From Octopus vulgaris (taxonomy: Eukaryota), in contig OX597814.1 in assembly GCA_951406725.2 (NCBI GenBank), positions 160,208,001 to 160,272,000 of the forward strand: a stretch of 64,000 nucleotides of DNA, read 5' to 3'. The notes below the pieces were generated by a model. That model did not search any database and was not told the origin of the DNA. It saw only the letters and a list, made by a program, of their open reading frames with translations. The position numbers were made by a program, and so were the translations under genes. Of this stretch, positions 42,203 through 56,634 are shown one piece after another (the stretch's first letter is position 1; the number at the start of each line of letters is the position of its first letter).

Positions 42203-43550
42203 AATGTGTGTATGTATTTATGTATGTATGTATGTATGTATGTATGTATGTATGTATGTATGTATGTATGTATGTATGTATGTATGTCTGTATGTACGTA
42301 TGTATGTATGCATGTATGTATGAATGTATGTATGAATGGTTGTCTTTGTTACACAACTGCTCAGAGTTATAAAACAAAACTATACTTAATAAGAGGCGGA
42401 GGAAGAATAAATAGCAGTCGAAAGTGATCATGCAATTACAAACACTACAGAAGGCAATACTCAGTTCAAATCCTCACAAACAAAACAACTTGTCTTAATT
42501 GTAGATCTCCGTTTGAATGTCTTATCTGGGAAAAGAAACAAACAAAAAAAATTGTATATGAAGTTAATAATTTACCTTTCCTTCATCTAATAATTCCTTC
42601 TTTGCAGCGATATAACTAATTTCTGAGAAAACAAATACAGACTTACAAATACACAAGCAAACACTATAGTTGCTAAACATCCATTAATGATAGCTTTCCG
42701 ATTACAAATTATCCTCAAAACACCATGCCGATGGCGTTCAGTGTAAAACATTTCTATAGAATGTACTGTGATTCCATTTCGAGAATATTCGAGGTAAACA
42801 ACGCATTATCAAAACTGAAAACAAAGATAAAAGTAATAAGTGTATTATGAAATATGATTATTAAATCTAACATAGCCGGAGTTCTTTTGTGTTACATAAA
42901 AGATATTGTTTAGTAAAACTGGGCATATATTCAGAAAGGTGAAATTTTAAACAATTGCGTAAACTCGCTACAATTGTTTCTTTGGTAAGGGGGAAAATTC
43001 TATTCAAAATGGAGTCCATGTACTAGTCAGCCAGTTCCATTCCATATCGTTTCTTCTTCTTCATTCTTTACTGCCAGTTATTTTCTAAGCAATTCGGTGG
43101 CATATCCTTTCCTAGTTCTACGAAATTCATGCGTTTTTATTTCTTTATCAGTATGCTGTACACGAAAGTCTCTTAAAGATAAACAATGTTACTGTAAGGA
43201 ATGCTACAAGCAACGTAATGGAACTTTCTATGGAAAATATAATTGTCCTCAATATTATGCTTTCTTTACTTTTCTCATTTGATGTTCCGCTGCTACTTTC
43301 TCTCTCAATAAATTAACACATACACATGCACATACACACACACGCGCATATACTCACACATATATTCAAATTTAACGATGAGAATAACAAGGAAAGACGA
43401 AGTGAAAACAGTGTAATCTTTATTTGATGCTTATACATATATACATGCATATAATGTATAGATGTATATATACATACATAAATACATACAAACACATATA
43501 CACACTCAGATATATATTCATACACACACACACACACATACATATATATC

Positions 43551-44088
<538 letters not shown>

Positions 44089-44114
44089 ATATATGTATAT
44101 ATACATATTTATAG

Positions 44115-44211
<97 letters not shown>

Positions 44212-44212
44212 C

Positions 44213-44267
<55 letters not shown>

Positions 44268-44418
44268 CATACATATACACATATATATACACGCGCACAC
44301 AACACATATACTTACACACACATATACATACACACACTGACATTCAATGAACTAATACCTTGATATTGTTTTATGATGGAGTGTTTACAAAATTCGATCT
44401 GCGAGCAATGTAAGACCA

Positions 44419-44453
<35 letters not shown>

Positions 44454-44714
44454 CTCAGCAGATAACACCACTCATAACATATATACATATAACAATCTTT
44501 TTACTTTTCCTTTTTCTTTCCATCTCTTAATATCAATATTTCATTTTCTCAATCCTTCCAAGAAGCGCAGGGCTTTCTTTGCATAGACAAAAGTACAAAA
44601 CATGAGCTCAGTATAGCCTAGGTCATCGAGGCTGCCTCTGTTTCTTAGTAAACTTACACCATTAACAGTAGAAGTGAGATATTAGGCGCGCAGTATCACT
44701 GTTTCACAATCACT

Positions 44715-45030
44715 GATGGCATCCTTTTTATCTCGGGAAACAAAGGGGTTGCGCATAAAATAATCTAGTCCGGCTTTTACATTTCATGTCCTAATACATC
44801 TCCTGCTGTGGCTGTGTAGTCCTAACCTGGACAAACACTCCTTCTGGCAGGTGCCGCAAATGTAGCGAAGACTTTGCCTGGCTGGTTGTAATGTCATACT
44901 TTCTTGTCAATAGTAATGTCATAGTTTCTTGTCATAGTTTCTTCACAATCTCTAAACACCAAATATTCAGTGAATACTCCTGCAAAATTATTGGCGCTGT
45001 CCCTGCCCCATTTTGGCCACACTACTGGCT
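44715..45030 (-). mobile_element. RTE-clade LINE 3' end
   Basis: Minus strand encodes RYICGTCQKECLSRLGLHSHSRRC*, matching the RTE/BovB C-terminal zinc finger (CxxC..SRIGLxSH), then a short 3' UTR. Confidence 0.75.
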
Positions 45031-45079
45031 GGAACCAGTGGAAGAGTGGCAAAGAAATAATTCCGCGTATATTTATCAT

Positions 45080-45510
45080 CTATCTTTTACACGTTTCACT
45101 CACTGGATTGCAGCCATTCTGGGACACTGCTTGGAAGCGTTTTAGCCGTATGAGTCAACTCCAGTATTTTTTTTAAAATATATATCTAGTAATTATTTTT
45201 TTGGTTTATTTTGCCGCGCTGCTAAGTTACGAGAACATAAACAAACCAACGCCGGTTGTCAAGTGGTAGTGGGGACAAACACAAACACAATGACATGCGT
45301 TCACACGCACACACATACACACACACATACACACGCACGTACGTATATACATATACGCGGGAGGCTTTCACAGTTTCCGTCGAAAAATTTTGTTCACAAG
45401 ACATCGGACTGCCCAGGGCTATAGTAGAAAACACTAGAGTAGATACTGCTCAGTGGAGCTGAATCCGAGACCACGTGACTGCAAAGCAAGCTTCTAACTA
45501 GACAGCCATA
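45080..45510 (-). mobile_element. SINE family A (diverged)
   Basis: gctaagttacgagaacataaacaaaccaacgccggttgtcaag..gggctatagtagaaaacact. Confidence 0.8.
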
Positions 45511-45935
45511 TTGGATATTTCCAAATAATACTTTTGTTGTTCAGCCTCAAGTTTGTGCTTACGGTACTTAATATTAGCCCCGTCCTTACTTTAACCATTG
45601 TAAATCCAAGACTTCGTTATCCAGTATGTTTATGTCTTTGCTTAAGTACAATCGGGGAAAATTTGGCTGTTGGTTCTAGCTACTGTGTAAAGATTTCCTT
45701 CCTTTTTGGTTCATTTCATAAAAATATCTTATTGAAAGGTTAAACATAGAAATCCAACAAAGGTTACTTGTGTCTAAAACCAATTACCTCCGAATCTCTA
45801 ATGCTGAACGCACGGCATATAATATAGCTTCTGGGTTTTAGGTTTTTTTCTCTTTTTCTTTTTGTCTCATAATTATAAAGTCAAATCCTGGCTACTTACC
45901 TACCTACTTTCCTCTACCTTAGTACCTTCTACAGG

Positions 45936-45967
<32 letters not shown>

Positions 45968-46057
45968 CATATATATATGACATGTATCATACGTACAATA
46001 TGATAGATAAATATACATATACATTTGTGTGTGTATGCGTGAGTGTGCGTGTGTGTG

Positions 46058-46110
<53 letters not shown>

Positions 46111-46262
46111 ATGCATGTATGTGTGTATGTATGTATGCCAGCAATCTCGCCACGCCCACAGCCATCTCGCTCAAACTAGCAAAAGAACGAGTGCGTATGT
46201 GAGTGTATTTGTTTGTGTGTGTGTGCATGTGTGAGAGAATGTGAGTATGTGTGTGTCGCTCC

Positions 46263-46315
<53 letters not shown>

Positions 46316-46851
46316 ATTGTTATTAGTTCTCCTCGACTATTTTACAAAAGAATATCTGAATATCTGTAGGGCAGGTTTCTTTACGAACCGCCACTGACAT
46401 TTCTTATACATTGAATCAATCAGTGTAACATTGAAGATCTGTCAATCCTATTGCTAGACCTTACATTTGAATCTAGTAATGCAATAGTCGAACTAACTTT
46501 ATCTGAAGACATACCATTATCATTTTTAAATGTCCTGAGGCAATATATTTTTCACATAAATCCATATTATGAAAAAAAGAAGATATAGAAAGAAAAAATA
46601 TAAATCTCTATAGAAGTTCGTTGAATTTTAGTGAAATTATTATTTTGTATACTTGAGGGCAACAAGTTGCAGACATAATACAACGTTTGACCGATTGCAA
46701 TATAACATTTTATTTCGATCCTTAACGCTGTGAGTTCAAATACTGCTGGGGTTTTTACCCATCCAGGGTCGATGAAATACCTATCAGTAATATAATTAAA
46801 GAAATTCAATCGATAGTATCGATTCCACTTACAATTCAGACACACGCATAG

Positions 46852-46958
<107 letters not shown>

Positions 46959-47723
46959 TCAGAACTTGAAATAAACAATCATTAGCAAACCTAACTTCAA
47001 ATTAATCCTAATTCCCTTTTTGTCAAATAGATTTCACTTTTCTAACTAGCTTTATCATCTTGTGCTTCCTCCGGGCACATACTATGGTCTTATTCTATTC
47101 TAAGAGGGGACCAATTTTTTCCATGCTCTTTGGCTTTGTTCTAATATGACCCTTAAAAATTTCCTTAAGAGCGATGAGGCACTCATTTTCTCTAAGTCTT
47201 CTATGTAGTTAAACTAGTTGCATCATGGTTTACGCCATTCACTGTACTGTGTGACTTGGCCAGTCTTTAGATGAAGTCTCTTATGTGACATCACACTTCT
47301 CTCGATTCTCCAACGATACTGGAAAAGGTAAGAATGAGAGCGAAATGTCTTTGATAAGAAGTATGCCCGATCAGGGCTGATCGAGGGGTGGGGAGCTTTG
47401 AGCTAAACATCTACAACAATAACCTTTCAAACAACAGTTTAAAACAAAAAAAAAGGCAGACTTTTAACATTTAAAATACAATAATAATAATAATAAGGCT
47501 AATAATAGCGTCATCAGTAAAACAATGAAAGTAAATGCAGGACTGCAAGAACATCAGCAACAACAACAACATTGCAATAACGAGGCTTCAACGAAGCGGT
47601 TAATCGCCTTGAAATAACCACCAGCTCTTCCTCAAACCACATACTACAAGCATAAAAAATAAAAAATTACATTGGATGGATATGGTGAATCAGATTTAAC
47701 CTGGATTAAACAACAACAACAAC

Positions 47724-47908
<185 letters not shown>

Positions 47909-48035
47909 AGTTCAAATTCCACCGAGGTCGACTTTGCCTTCCAGCATTTCGGGGTCGATTAAGCAAGTACCAGTGAAACATTGGGTTCGATGTAATCGAC
48001 TTAAAACCTCCCCCAAGCAGCCCTTGTAAAAATTT
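47909..48035 (+). mobile_element. SINE family B 3' part
   Basis: agttcaaattccaccgaggtcgactttgccttcc..gatgtaatcgacttaa. Confidence 0.8.
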
Positions 48036-48089
48036 GAGATCGTCATTATTAATTTTTTTCAATTTTTTCAAAATTTTCAAATTTAGAAA

Positions 48090-48151
<62 letters not shown>

Positions 48152-48160
48152 CATTATTAT

Positions 48161-48207
<47 letters not shown>

Positions 48208-48829
48208 GAGTGTGGAATAGCTGAATCGTTAAAGCCACGAACAAAATATCTTGCGCCCCGCGGTTATAACCGCGATTGCGGTGCCGCAGAGAATGGCAAA
48301 AGATTCTCGCTACAGCAACTGCGCCGCCTCGTGGGGCTCATTTCTCAGATGGGCCGCTGTTTATCTGATTTTGCGGAGGAAATCGGTAGAGCGGAGTCCG
48401 AGACTACCTGGGGACTCGCCAGTCACCAGCACAAACTGACAGCGGCCGGTCTGGCCCATGTAATTTATTTATTTTTCTCTCTTCTGCGTTACGGGCGATG
48501 ATATCTGGATTTACACACCATTTGTTCTGAGGTTTGTGACCCATTGCCCGCTCCCTTCCAACCTCAGGTGCTTAAAACCCTCCCATTTTTCTCTGCTTCT
48601 TTGTTTCCTTGGAGATAAATTATGATTCAATAAAGTTTATATTTGCAAAATGGCTTTGCTGTATTTCTTCCACCTCTTTTCATTCTGAGTCCAAAACTCG
48701 CCGATTTCAACTTTGTAATCAACTAATCTCTCCTCTCCAATATTGCCGGCCATGTGCCTGCACTAAAAAAAATTACAGAGCTATGCATGTGAACACAAAG
48801 ATTATGTTTGATTAAAATGACACCAAGTG

Positions 48830-49040
48830 ATTTACTCATTTACTTGTTTCAGTCATTTGACTGTGGCCATGCTGGAGCACCGCCTTTAGTAGAGCAAATC
48901 GACCCCAGGACTTATTCTTTGTAAGCCTAGTACTTATTCTATCAGTCTCTTTTGCCGAACAGCTAAGTTACAGGGACGTAAACACACCAGCATCGGTTGT
49001 CAAGCGATGTTGGGGAGGGATAAACACAACACACAAACAT

Positions 49041-49073
<33 letters not shown>

Positions 49074-49234
49074 CATATAAACGATGGGCTTCTTTCAGTT
49101 TCCGTCTACCAAATCCACTCACAAGGCTTTGGTTGGCCCGAGGCTATAGTAGAAGACACTTGCCCAAGGTGCCACGCAGTGGAACTGAACCCGGAACCAT
49201 GTGGTTCGTAAGCAAGCTACTTACCACACAGCCT
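48830..49234 (-). mobile_element. SINE family A, young copy
   Basis: Very similar to 8782-9208. Confidence 0.92.
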
Positions 49235-49540
49235 GATTGCTACATTTATTTTATCGACTAGCAGGCATAAGAAGCAAAAAAAACTGATATTGGCAGGGCT
49301 TGAATACAAAACACAGAGAGATGTTACTAAATATCTACCACAAGGCATTCTGCCTGGCTCCTCTTCCGAAATGACAAAGACAGCAATCATAAATGATGCG
49401 TAGCCCAAACGACAACGGCATTAATTACAGCAACAACACATGTAGGAATATCAGCAGTAAAATGTTAACTCGAATAACAACGGAAACAAAGGCAAATAAA
49501 CTAAATAGAATATCATGAAATGTAACAAAAGCAATAGCAT

Positions 49541-49837
49541 GAAGGAGAAAAGAAGAAGAAGAAGAAGAAGGTGGAGGAAGAGGAGGAGGAGGAGGAGGAA
49601 GAGGAGGAGAAAAAGAAGAAGAAGAAGGAGAAGAAGAAGAAGAAGGAGAAGAAGAAGGAGAAGAAGAAGAAGGAGAAGGAGAAAGAGAAGAAGAAGAAGA
49701 AGAAGAAGAAGAAGGGGGAGGAGGAGGAGGAGGAGAAAAAGAAGAAGAAGAAAAAGAAGAAGAAAAAGAAGAAGAAGAAGAAGAAGAAGAAGAAGAAGAA
49801 GAAGAAGAAGAAGAAGAAGAAGAAGAAGAAGAAGAAA
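49541..49837. repeat. ~297-bp polypurine (GAA/GAG)n tract
   Basis: Only one pyrimidine seen on the + strand (T at 49572). Confidence 0.95.
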
Positions 49838-50095
49838 CATCAGCAACAAAAGATGTGTTTCAGATTGAAACAATGAAAAACTTTTTTTAAAAAAAGAAAT
49901 CGAAGCAGCAAACCATTACATAACATCAATCAACAACAGTAGCAGGACGAGTATGGAGAAGAATAGGAAGGAGTAGCAAGAGTAGCAAGAGCAGCAGGAG
50001 TAACACCAGTAAGAACAAACATAACACGAATTCAATAATAATAAAAATAACAATAACAACAGCAACAACAACAATAATAATAATAATAATAATAA

Positions 50096-50647
50096 ATGCC
50101 CTGATGCAGTACCAGGCAGTGGCTCTCATGGCTTCTGATCTTAATTGATTGGAAGTGTTATCATGTACATTGTTTTGTCTTGGTATAAAAGATGGGCTAC
50201 AGCAAATATTCTGCTCAATACCACAGATTTGCTTGTCAGTTGACCGTAACCAGTTGAGCATGTCCCTTAGTGGCTGACGATGTGTGCATCTCTGATCACG
50301 AGCAGAAGCAGTGGGGGAGCATCATACCCATGTGTTGAGAGGGATTCTGTGGTGTTTGAATAATTCACCTCTGGAAACATGGGTATTTTGTTCATCATCC
50401 TTAAACAACCCTTATTCAGGGACCTTTTGAGCAGGATGGGTTACTCGACCAGAAGAAAATTCTAACTGGGTCCCACCTTCAAGGTCATGTGCTGTTTATC
50501 TTGATATAAGATCACCATGTCGCGCACATATGGTTGTGATGCATGTGCCTGCTGTACCCTTATCAGACGGGTAGTCATGATGGGTATACTGCGTTTCGTA
50601 TATTTTACGCCAGTGTCACTTTGATGGCATGCACTGCTCTCTCACTC
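50096..50647 (+). mobile_element. ~550-bp non-coding retro-like element embedded in (TAA)n
   Basis: (AAT)n on both sides; partial second copy at 25277-25462. Confidence 0.8.
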
Positions 50648-50685
<38 letters not shown>

Positions 50686-50843
50686 TGATGATGATGATGA
50701 TAATAATAATAATAGAAATAATTCCTCCTACAGCAAACAAGAACACATAATGCTGCATACACCCTAGTAACACGGAGGTGTAGCAGGTGATGAGGTCAAA
50801 ATTTGCCTGAAACTACCAAATGTTGAACAATGATAATAATAAT

Positions 50844-51028
50844 CCTTTCTACTATAGGCACAAGGCCTGATATTTTGGGGGAAGGGTTAAGTCGATTACA
50901 TCGACACCAGTACTCAACCGGTACTTAATTTATCGATCCCGAAAGGATGAAAAACAATTTGAACTCAGAACACTGTGCCATAAGAAATGCCATTAAGCAT
51001 TTTGTCTGGTGTACTAATAATTCTGCCA
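50844..51028 (-). mobile_element. SINE family B (internally deleted)
   Basis: taagtcgattacatcgacaccagtactcaaccggtacttaatttatcgatcccgaaaggatgaa. Confidence 0.8.
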
Positions 51029-51039
51029 AAATAATAATA

Positions 51040-51073
<34 letters not shown>

Positions 51074-51183
51074 CAAATTTTGATTCAAGACCAGAAATGT
51101 CGGTGTAGTGGATAAGTCGATTTGTTTCAACGAAACCCTTCAAGGTAGAATCGTTAGCACACCAGACAAAATGTTAAGCAGTT

Positions 51184-51571
51184 TATGGCTGGATGGAAGC
51201 ACTCCGTCGGTTCCGACGACGAGGGTTCCGGTTGATCCGATCAACGGAACAGCCTGCTCGTGAAATTAACGTGTAAGTGGCTGAGCACTCCACAGACACG
51301 TGTACCCTTAACGTAGTTCTCGGGGATATTCAGCGTGAAACAGAGAGTGACAAGGCCGGCCCTTTGAAATACAGGTACAACAGAAACAGGAAGTAAGAGA
51401 AAGTTGTGGTGAAAGAGTACAGCAGGGATCACCACCATCCCCTGCCGGAGCCTCGTGGAGCTTTTAGGTGTTTTCGCTCAATAACACTCACAACGCCCGG
51501 TCTGGGAATCGAAACCGCGATCCTACGACCGCGAGGCCGCTGCCCTAACCACTGGGCCATTGCGCCTCCAC
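51184..51571 (-). mobile_element. SINE family C, full length, 9-bp TSD, nested in a family B SINE
   Basis: Minus-strand head gtggaggcgcaaTGGCCCAGTGG..GGTTTCGATTCC (A and B boxes); taagcagtt at 51175-51183 and 51572-51580; host SINE halves at 51144-51183 and 51686-51785. Confidence 0.9.
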
Positions 51572-51975
51572 TAAGCAGTTAATATCATCTTTTAGATAGT
51601 GAGCTCCATACATAAGACAACATCTTTCTATTTTTTTTTTTTTTTTTTGTCACGTATCTGTACTTCGCTCTTTTGTGCAGCTCATAATTCGTCCGTCTTT
51701 ACGTTCTAGTTTCAAATTCCGCCTAGTTCAACGTTGCTTTTTTATCCTTATCCCTTCGGGATCGATAAACTAAGTACCGGTTAAACTACTTCTAGAACAA
51801 TGCAGATCTACGACGTATTTAACAATATAAACATGAAAACAGTACTCTGAAGGGAAAAACAAATTAACGAACCAAAGAGCATACATTCGATCAACCGTTT
51901 GCAAGATGAATATCGGTCATTAAGTGGTGATTGTTCTCTGCCCAGTAGTGATATACATACATACATACATAGGTT

Positions 51976-52250
<275 letters not shown>

Positions 52251-52502
52251 TTCTCCCCTGCGAAAAAAGCCCCCGCTCTTTTATAGAGCCCTTCGGCTTG
52301 AACAACCACTTCAGACACCGGCACCCTTTGCACCCTTCAAGGTGAAGAGGTTCAATCACAAGCTACAAATCAACTACTCGGATACGAGTAAACCCCGACG
52401 ACGACACACATGGAGTATTTTCAGAACTCGTGTACACAGATCTCCATATTCCAACCTAGCATGAATGAACAACAACTCCTTTATTGATGATTCATGTTAA
52501 AT

Positions 52503-52604
52503 AACACATCGTGACGTATATTTGCCATTTAAATATGGCTAACTCCTAAATCCACCCTTAGGGGTTAGCCATATTTAAATGGCAAATATACGTCACGATG
52601 TGTT
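52503..52604. repeat. Near-perfect palindrome with 47-bp arms and an 8-nt loop
   Basis: 52503-52549 vs 52558-52604, single T:G mismatch. Confidence 0.95.
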
Positions 52605-53468
52605 GTAGCTACTGTTTATAACTCTGAGTTTTATTATTTCATGTTAAATAGTCTTAAACCTATTTTCAGTAACCTGGGTGCAAATAATATGAGGGTGAAT
52701 ATACTTTTAAGTTTTAATGCAGGCATGATGGATTTCACTCATGACATTCGAATATGTTATGATCGATCTTGTTGATGTTTATTGGGATGATCTGTGGGTT
52801 GATGGCTGAAGGGAAGACCTGGGCAGGGCTAGATCTAGAGCGTTGAGTTACAGAATAGAGGGTTGGGTGAAGTGTTTGCCACGGGGTTTTGTGAGTGATA
52901 CACATTGTGGATGATTAGAGAAGGAAAAGCGGGTAAATCAGGTGGGTGTGGGCGCATGTGATATACAACTGGCAAGTTCAGAAAAACATCGATATGTAAG
53001 GAATGATGATTTCTTAATGAGATAGGTTGCTTTCTTGAAAAATAAATAATCAAAAAGATAAATAGAAAATCGAAGCAAAATTTGTCCTCTGGTTATTACA
53101 CTTTATCTGTATCTGAGAAAGATTTTATTCATTTGTAAATAGATGTTCTAAATATTGTAAAAACAAAAATTAGATCGGATATACTAAGGGAATAAGATTA
53201 TTTTTCTTTTATGTGATCGCAACAAATACTCTATCCTATGGATACGAGTTGTACCTTAACATGGATTCTTCTTACCCAGTCTCTAATTGTAGTTCCTCTA
53301 GGGAAGGCTTAGGTTTTCAGATTATTATAGATAGGAAGCCATGTGTTGTGAAAACCTGAATATACCGAGTTAGTAAGCAAATTTATCCGTTGGGGATAAC
53401 GGTTTAATATTATATGTTACTTGTGTATTTATTGCGTGCTTATGTAACACACACACACACACACACAT

Positions 53469-53499
<31 letters not shown>

Positions 53500-53617
53500 C
53501 ACATTCATACATATACACATTAATACGTACGTATATATGTCTGTCTGTATGTATGTATGTATGTATGTATGTATGTTTGTATACGCAACATATATGCAAA
53601 GTAAATACACAAGTATA

Positions 53618-53777
53618 TAGGAGCGTGACCGTGTGACAAGAAGCTTGTTTCCCAACCAAATGGATCCGAGTTCAAATCCACTGTGTAGCACCTTGGGCGA
53701 GTGTCTTCTACTATAGCCTCGGGTCGTCCAAAACCTTGTGAGTGGATTCGGTAGACGAAAACTGGAAGAAACCTGTC

Positions 53778-53817
<40 letters not shown>

Positions 53818-54030
53818 GATATCAATGATAGTGTGTCGTTGTGTCTGTGTTTGTCCCCACAGCCGCTTGACAACCAGTGTTAGTATGTTTACGTCCCTGT
53901 AATGTAGCAGTTTGACAAAAGAAACCTAGAGAATAGGCTTTTAAAAGTAAGTAATGAGGTCGATTTTTCGACTAAAACCCTTCAGGCGGTGCCTTAACAG
54001 AGCCGCAGTCTAATGGCTGAAACAAGTAAA
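53618..54030 (+). mobile_element. SINE family A
   Basis: aggagcgtgaccgtgtgacaagaagcttg..gagttcaaatcc..ggctgaaacaagtaaa. Confidence 0.85.
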
Positions 54031-54067
54031 GGATAATAGATAAAATATAAAATATACAAATTCTTCC

Positions 54068-54449
54068 ATTCTTGCTTCAGTCATTTGACTGCAGCCATGC
54101 TGCAGCACCGCCTTTAGTCGAGCAAATCGACCCCAGAACTTATTCTTTGTAAGCCTAGTACTTATTCTATCGGTTTCTTTTGCCGAACCGCTTTAATTAC
54201 GGGGACGTAAACATACCAGCATCGGTTGTCAGTCGATGTTGGGAGGATAAATACAGACACACAAACACACACACACACACACATATACGACGGGCTTCTT
54301 TCAGTTTCCGTCTACCAAATCCACTCATAAGGCTTTGGTCGGTCCCAGGCTATTGTAGAAGACACTTGCCCAACGTGCCACATAGTGGGACTGAATCTGG
54401 AGCCATGTGGTTAATAACAAGCTACTTACCACACAGCCACTCATGCGCC
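54068..54449 (-). mobile_element. SINE family A, tail-to-tail with the preceding copy
   Basis: Aligns with 8782-9208. Confidence 0.9.
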
Positions 54450-54665
54450 TATATGTACATATTAAGGATTTTCTCTATACATGCTTTTGTTCTCTATTAC
54501 TCTGAATTTTTCGAAATTCTCCTAAATGATATTTTGTTCTGTTTGCCATACAAGAGGAACTACTTTTAATACGTATTCTACTTGGATTTATTGTTGTCTG
54601 ATTATTGGGTATAGTTAACCAAATTCGTTTAAAACAGTGCTTTATTGACACACACACGCACACAG

Positions 54666-54729
<64 letters not shown>

Positions 54730-54791
54730 AATATATGCATATATACATACACATATGTACATACCTACATATATATGTATATATACATGCA

Positions 54792-54913
54792 TATATGGGT
54801 ACAGGACATAAAAAAACGTTGAACAATGAGAAACGAAAACATAAAAAACAAAAACAGAGAAACGAGACATACAACATAAGGAATATTCCCCTCTTCATCT
54901 AATCCGCGTTTTG

Positions 54914-54918
<5 letters not shown>
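54792..54918. mobile_element. Single arm of the tatgggtacaggac fold-back family
   Basis: Shares the terminus atatgggtacaggac with 14069-14245; in a (TA)n context. Confidence 0.55.
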
Positions 54919-54948
<30 letters not shown>

Positions 54949-56277
54949 GTCACAGTAAGATACTCGTTTGATTTTTCTGCTTTCTCTACATAATGTATAT
55001 ATGTACTACAATAGGCTTTACTGACGAGGTGTAATGAAGCTGAAATATGTGCGTTGCTTTCACCACTTAGTTTAAAATCTGATTCACTACATTATCTTAT
55101 TTTCTATATTTACTAGCAGTGCAATTGATTGACTCTGTTGTATCTATATCGATTGTTTTTCTTTTTAGATTTTAAGCATCCATCCATACTCTCTAACCCT
55201 CTAGCTGGTGTTCCAAGTTTGCGAAAGACAATAAGGGACGAACAATGGCAAGGAGTGAAGCAGTATGTTTACTTCTGCGAAATTCTATGGCGAGAGGTGG
55301 TGTGACACTTTCGTGTTATGGTTATCGCGGTCGAAATGTAGATGATGAATATGCGTTTCAGTTATTGCTGACGATCCACTCACACTTTTTCTGTCTTAAG
55401 TTGTACATCTGAACGTACTTAAAACGTAAAGATTTGCATATGAATACGTGATTTTGTGTTTGTTTGTGTGTATGTGTCTGTGTGTATAAATATATGTACA
55501 TACACGTATATGTTATATATATATATATATATATATAGGCTTGAATTGGAGGAATGGTCCCTACATAAGACCTCAATGGTTTCGACATCTGTCAAGCTAT
55601 CTATCGATATGCTGGTCGGTCTCTCTGACCAACCGATTATCAGTCAATCAATCAATTAATCAATACATACATATATACATACATACAGACAGACAGACAG
55701 ATAGACAGACAGACAGACATACGCATACGTTATATATGTGTATGCAATGTAATTATGAATATAAGCATAATGCACAATATATGTATGTATGTACGTATGT
55801 ATGCATGCAGGTATGTATGTATAGGTATGTATATGCATACATATTACACAACTCTGTGTATATGTGTATGCATATGTGTATGCATAAATGTACTCATTTC
55901 TTCGAGAATAAAATTCATTTCCTAATCATCTAATACACATATATAAGCATACATATTTCGATAAATTATATTTAGATATTTTCGCTATGACTCATAGAAA
56001 ACAATATGATGGTATATGATTAAAAAAAGAGTAAGGCATTTTATTGGAATTTTGAAAGTCTATTCAGTTGTGTGTGTATGTGTGCGTGTTGTGAGTGTGT
56101 GCTTATAAATGTATATTAATATTTCTTATATATATGTGTATATCTGTGTGTGCGCGCATATGCATGTATATTCATATATGCACTCTTAGAGGTTGCATAA
56201 GTGCATATATATATGTTTTTGCATATGTCTGTATGCACACATATTTATATAGACGTACACATACACATACACACACA

Positions 56278-56322
<45 letters not shown>

Positions 56323-56634
56323 GCATACTGATAATTATTAAGAATACTTCGTTGAAGGGCTTGCAATAACTGAGCATTTAATGTTAGTGTGGATCTTTAG
56401 TGATAACATTAGCAAATTTATTGTTGAAGATTAAGATGATTAGAACTTTATATATTCATATACATACATACTTAGATACATATTTATATATTTATCTGTG
56501 TTTGTGTGTGTGTACACAGAAATATACGCACATCTGTATATGATTAAAAAATATCGCTTATTCAGACTTATCGAGATCTAGCCGCATCTATTCCGCGGTA
56601 CTTCTCGCATTTTTAGGCTAAGGGATTTTGGGCG

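Noticed and set aside
49451-49876. Poly-R, poly-K/E or poly-L (protamine-like) ORFs
   Set aside because: They are by-products of the GAA/GAG tract and are open in several frames.
51495-51571. tRNA gene
   Set aside because: It has A and B boxes but continues into a SINE body bounded by a TSD; no convincing cloverleaf.
55021-55060. CTGACGA..GAAA hammerhead-like motif
   Set aside because: Stem II is weak and no stem I or III partner is visible.
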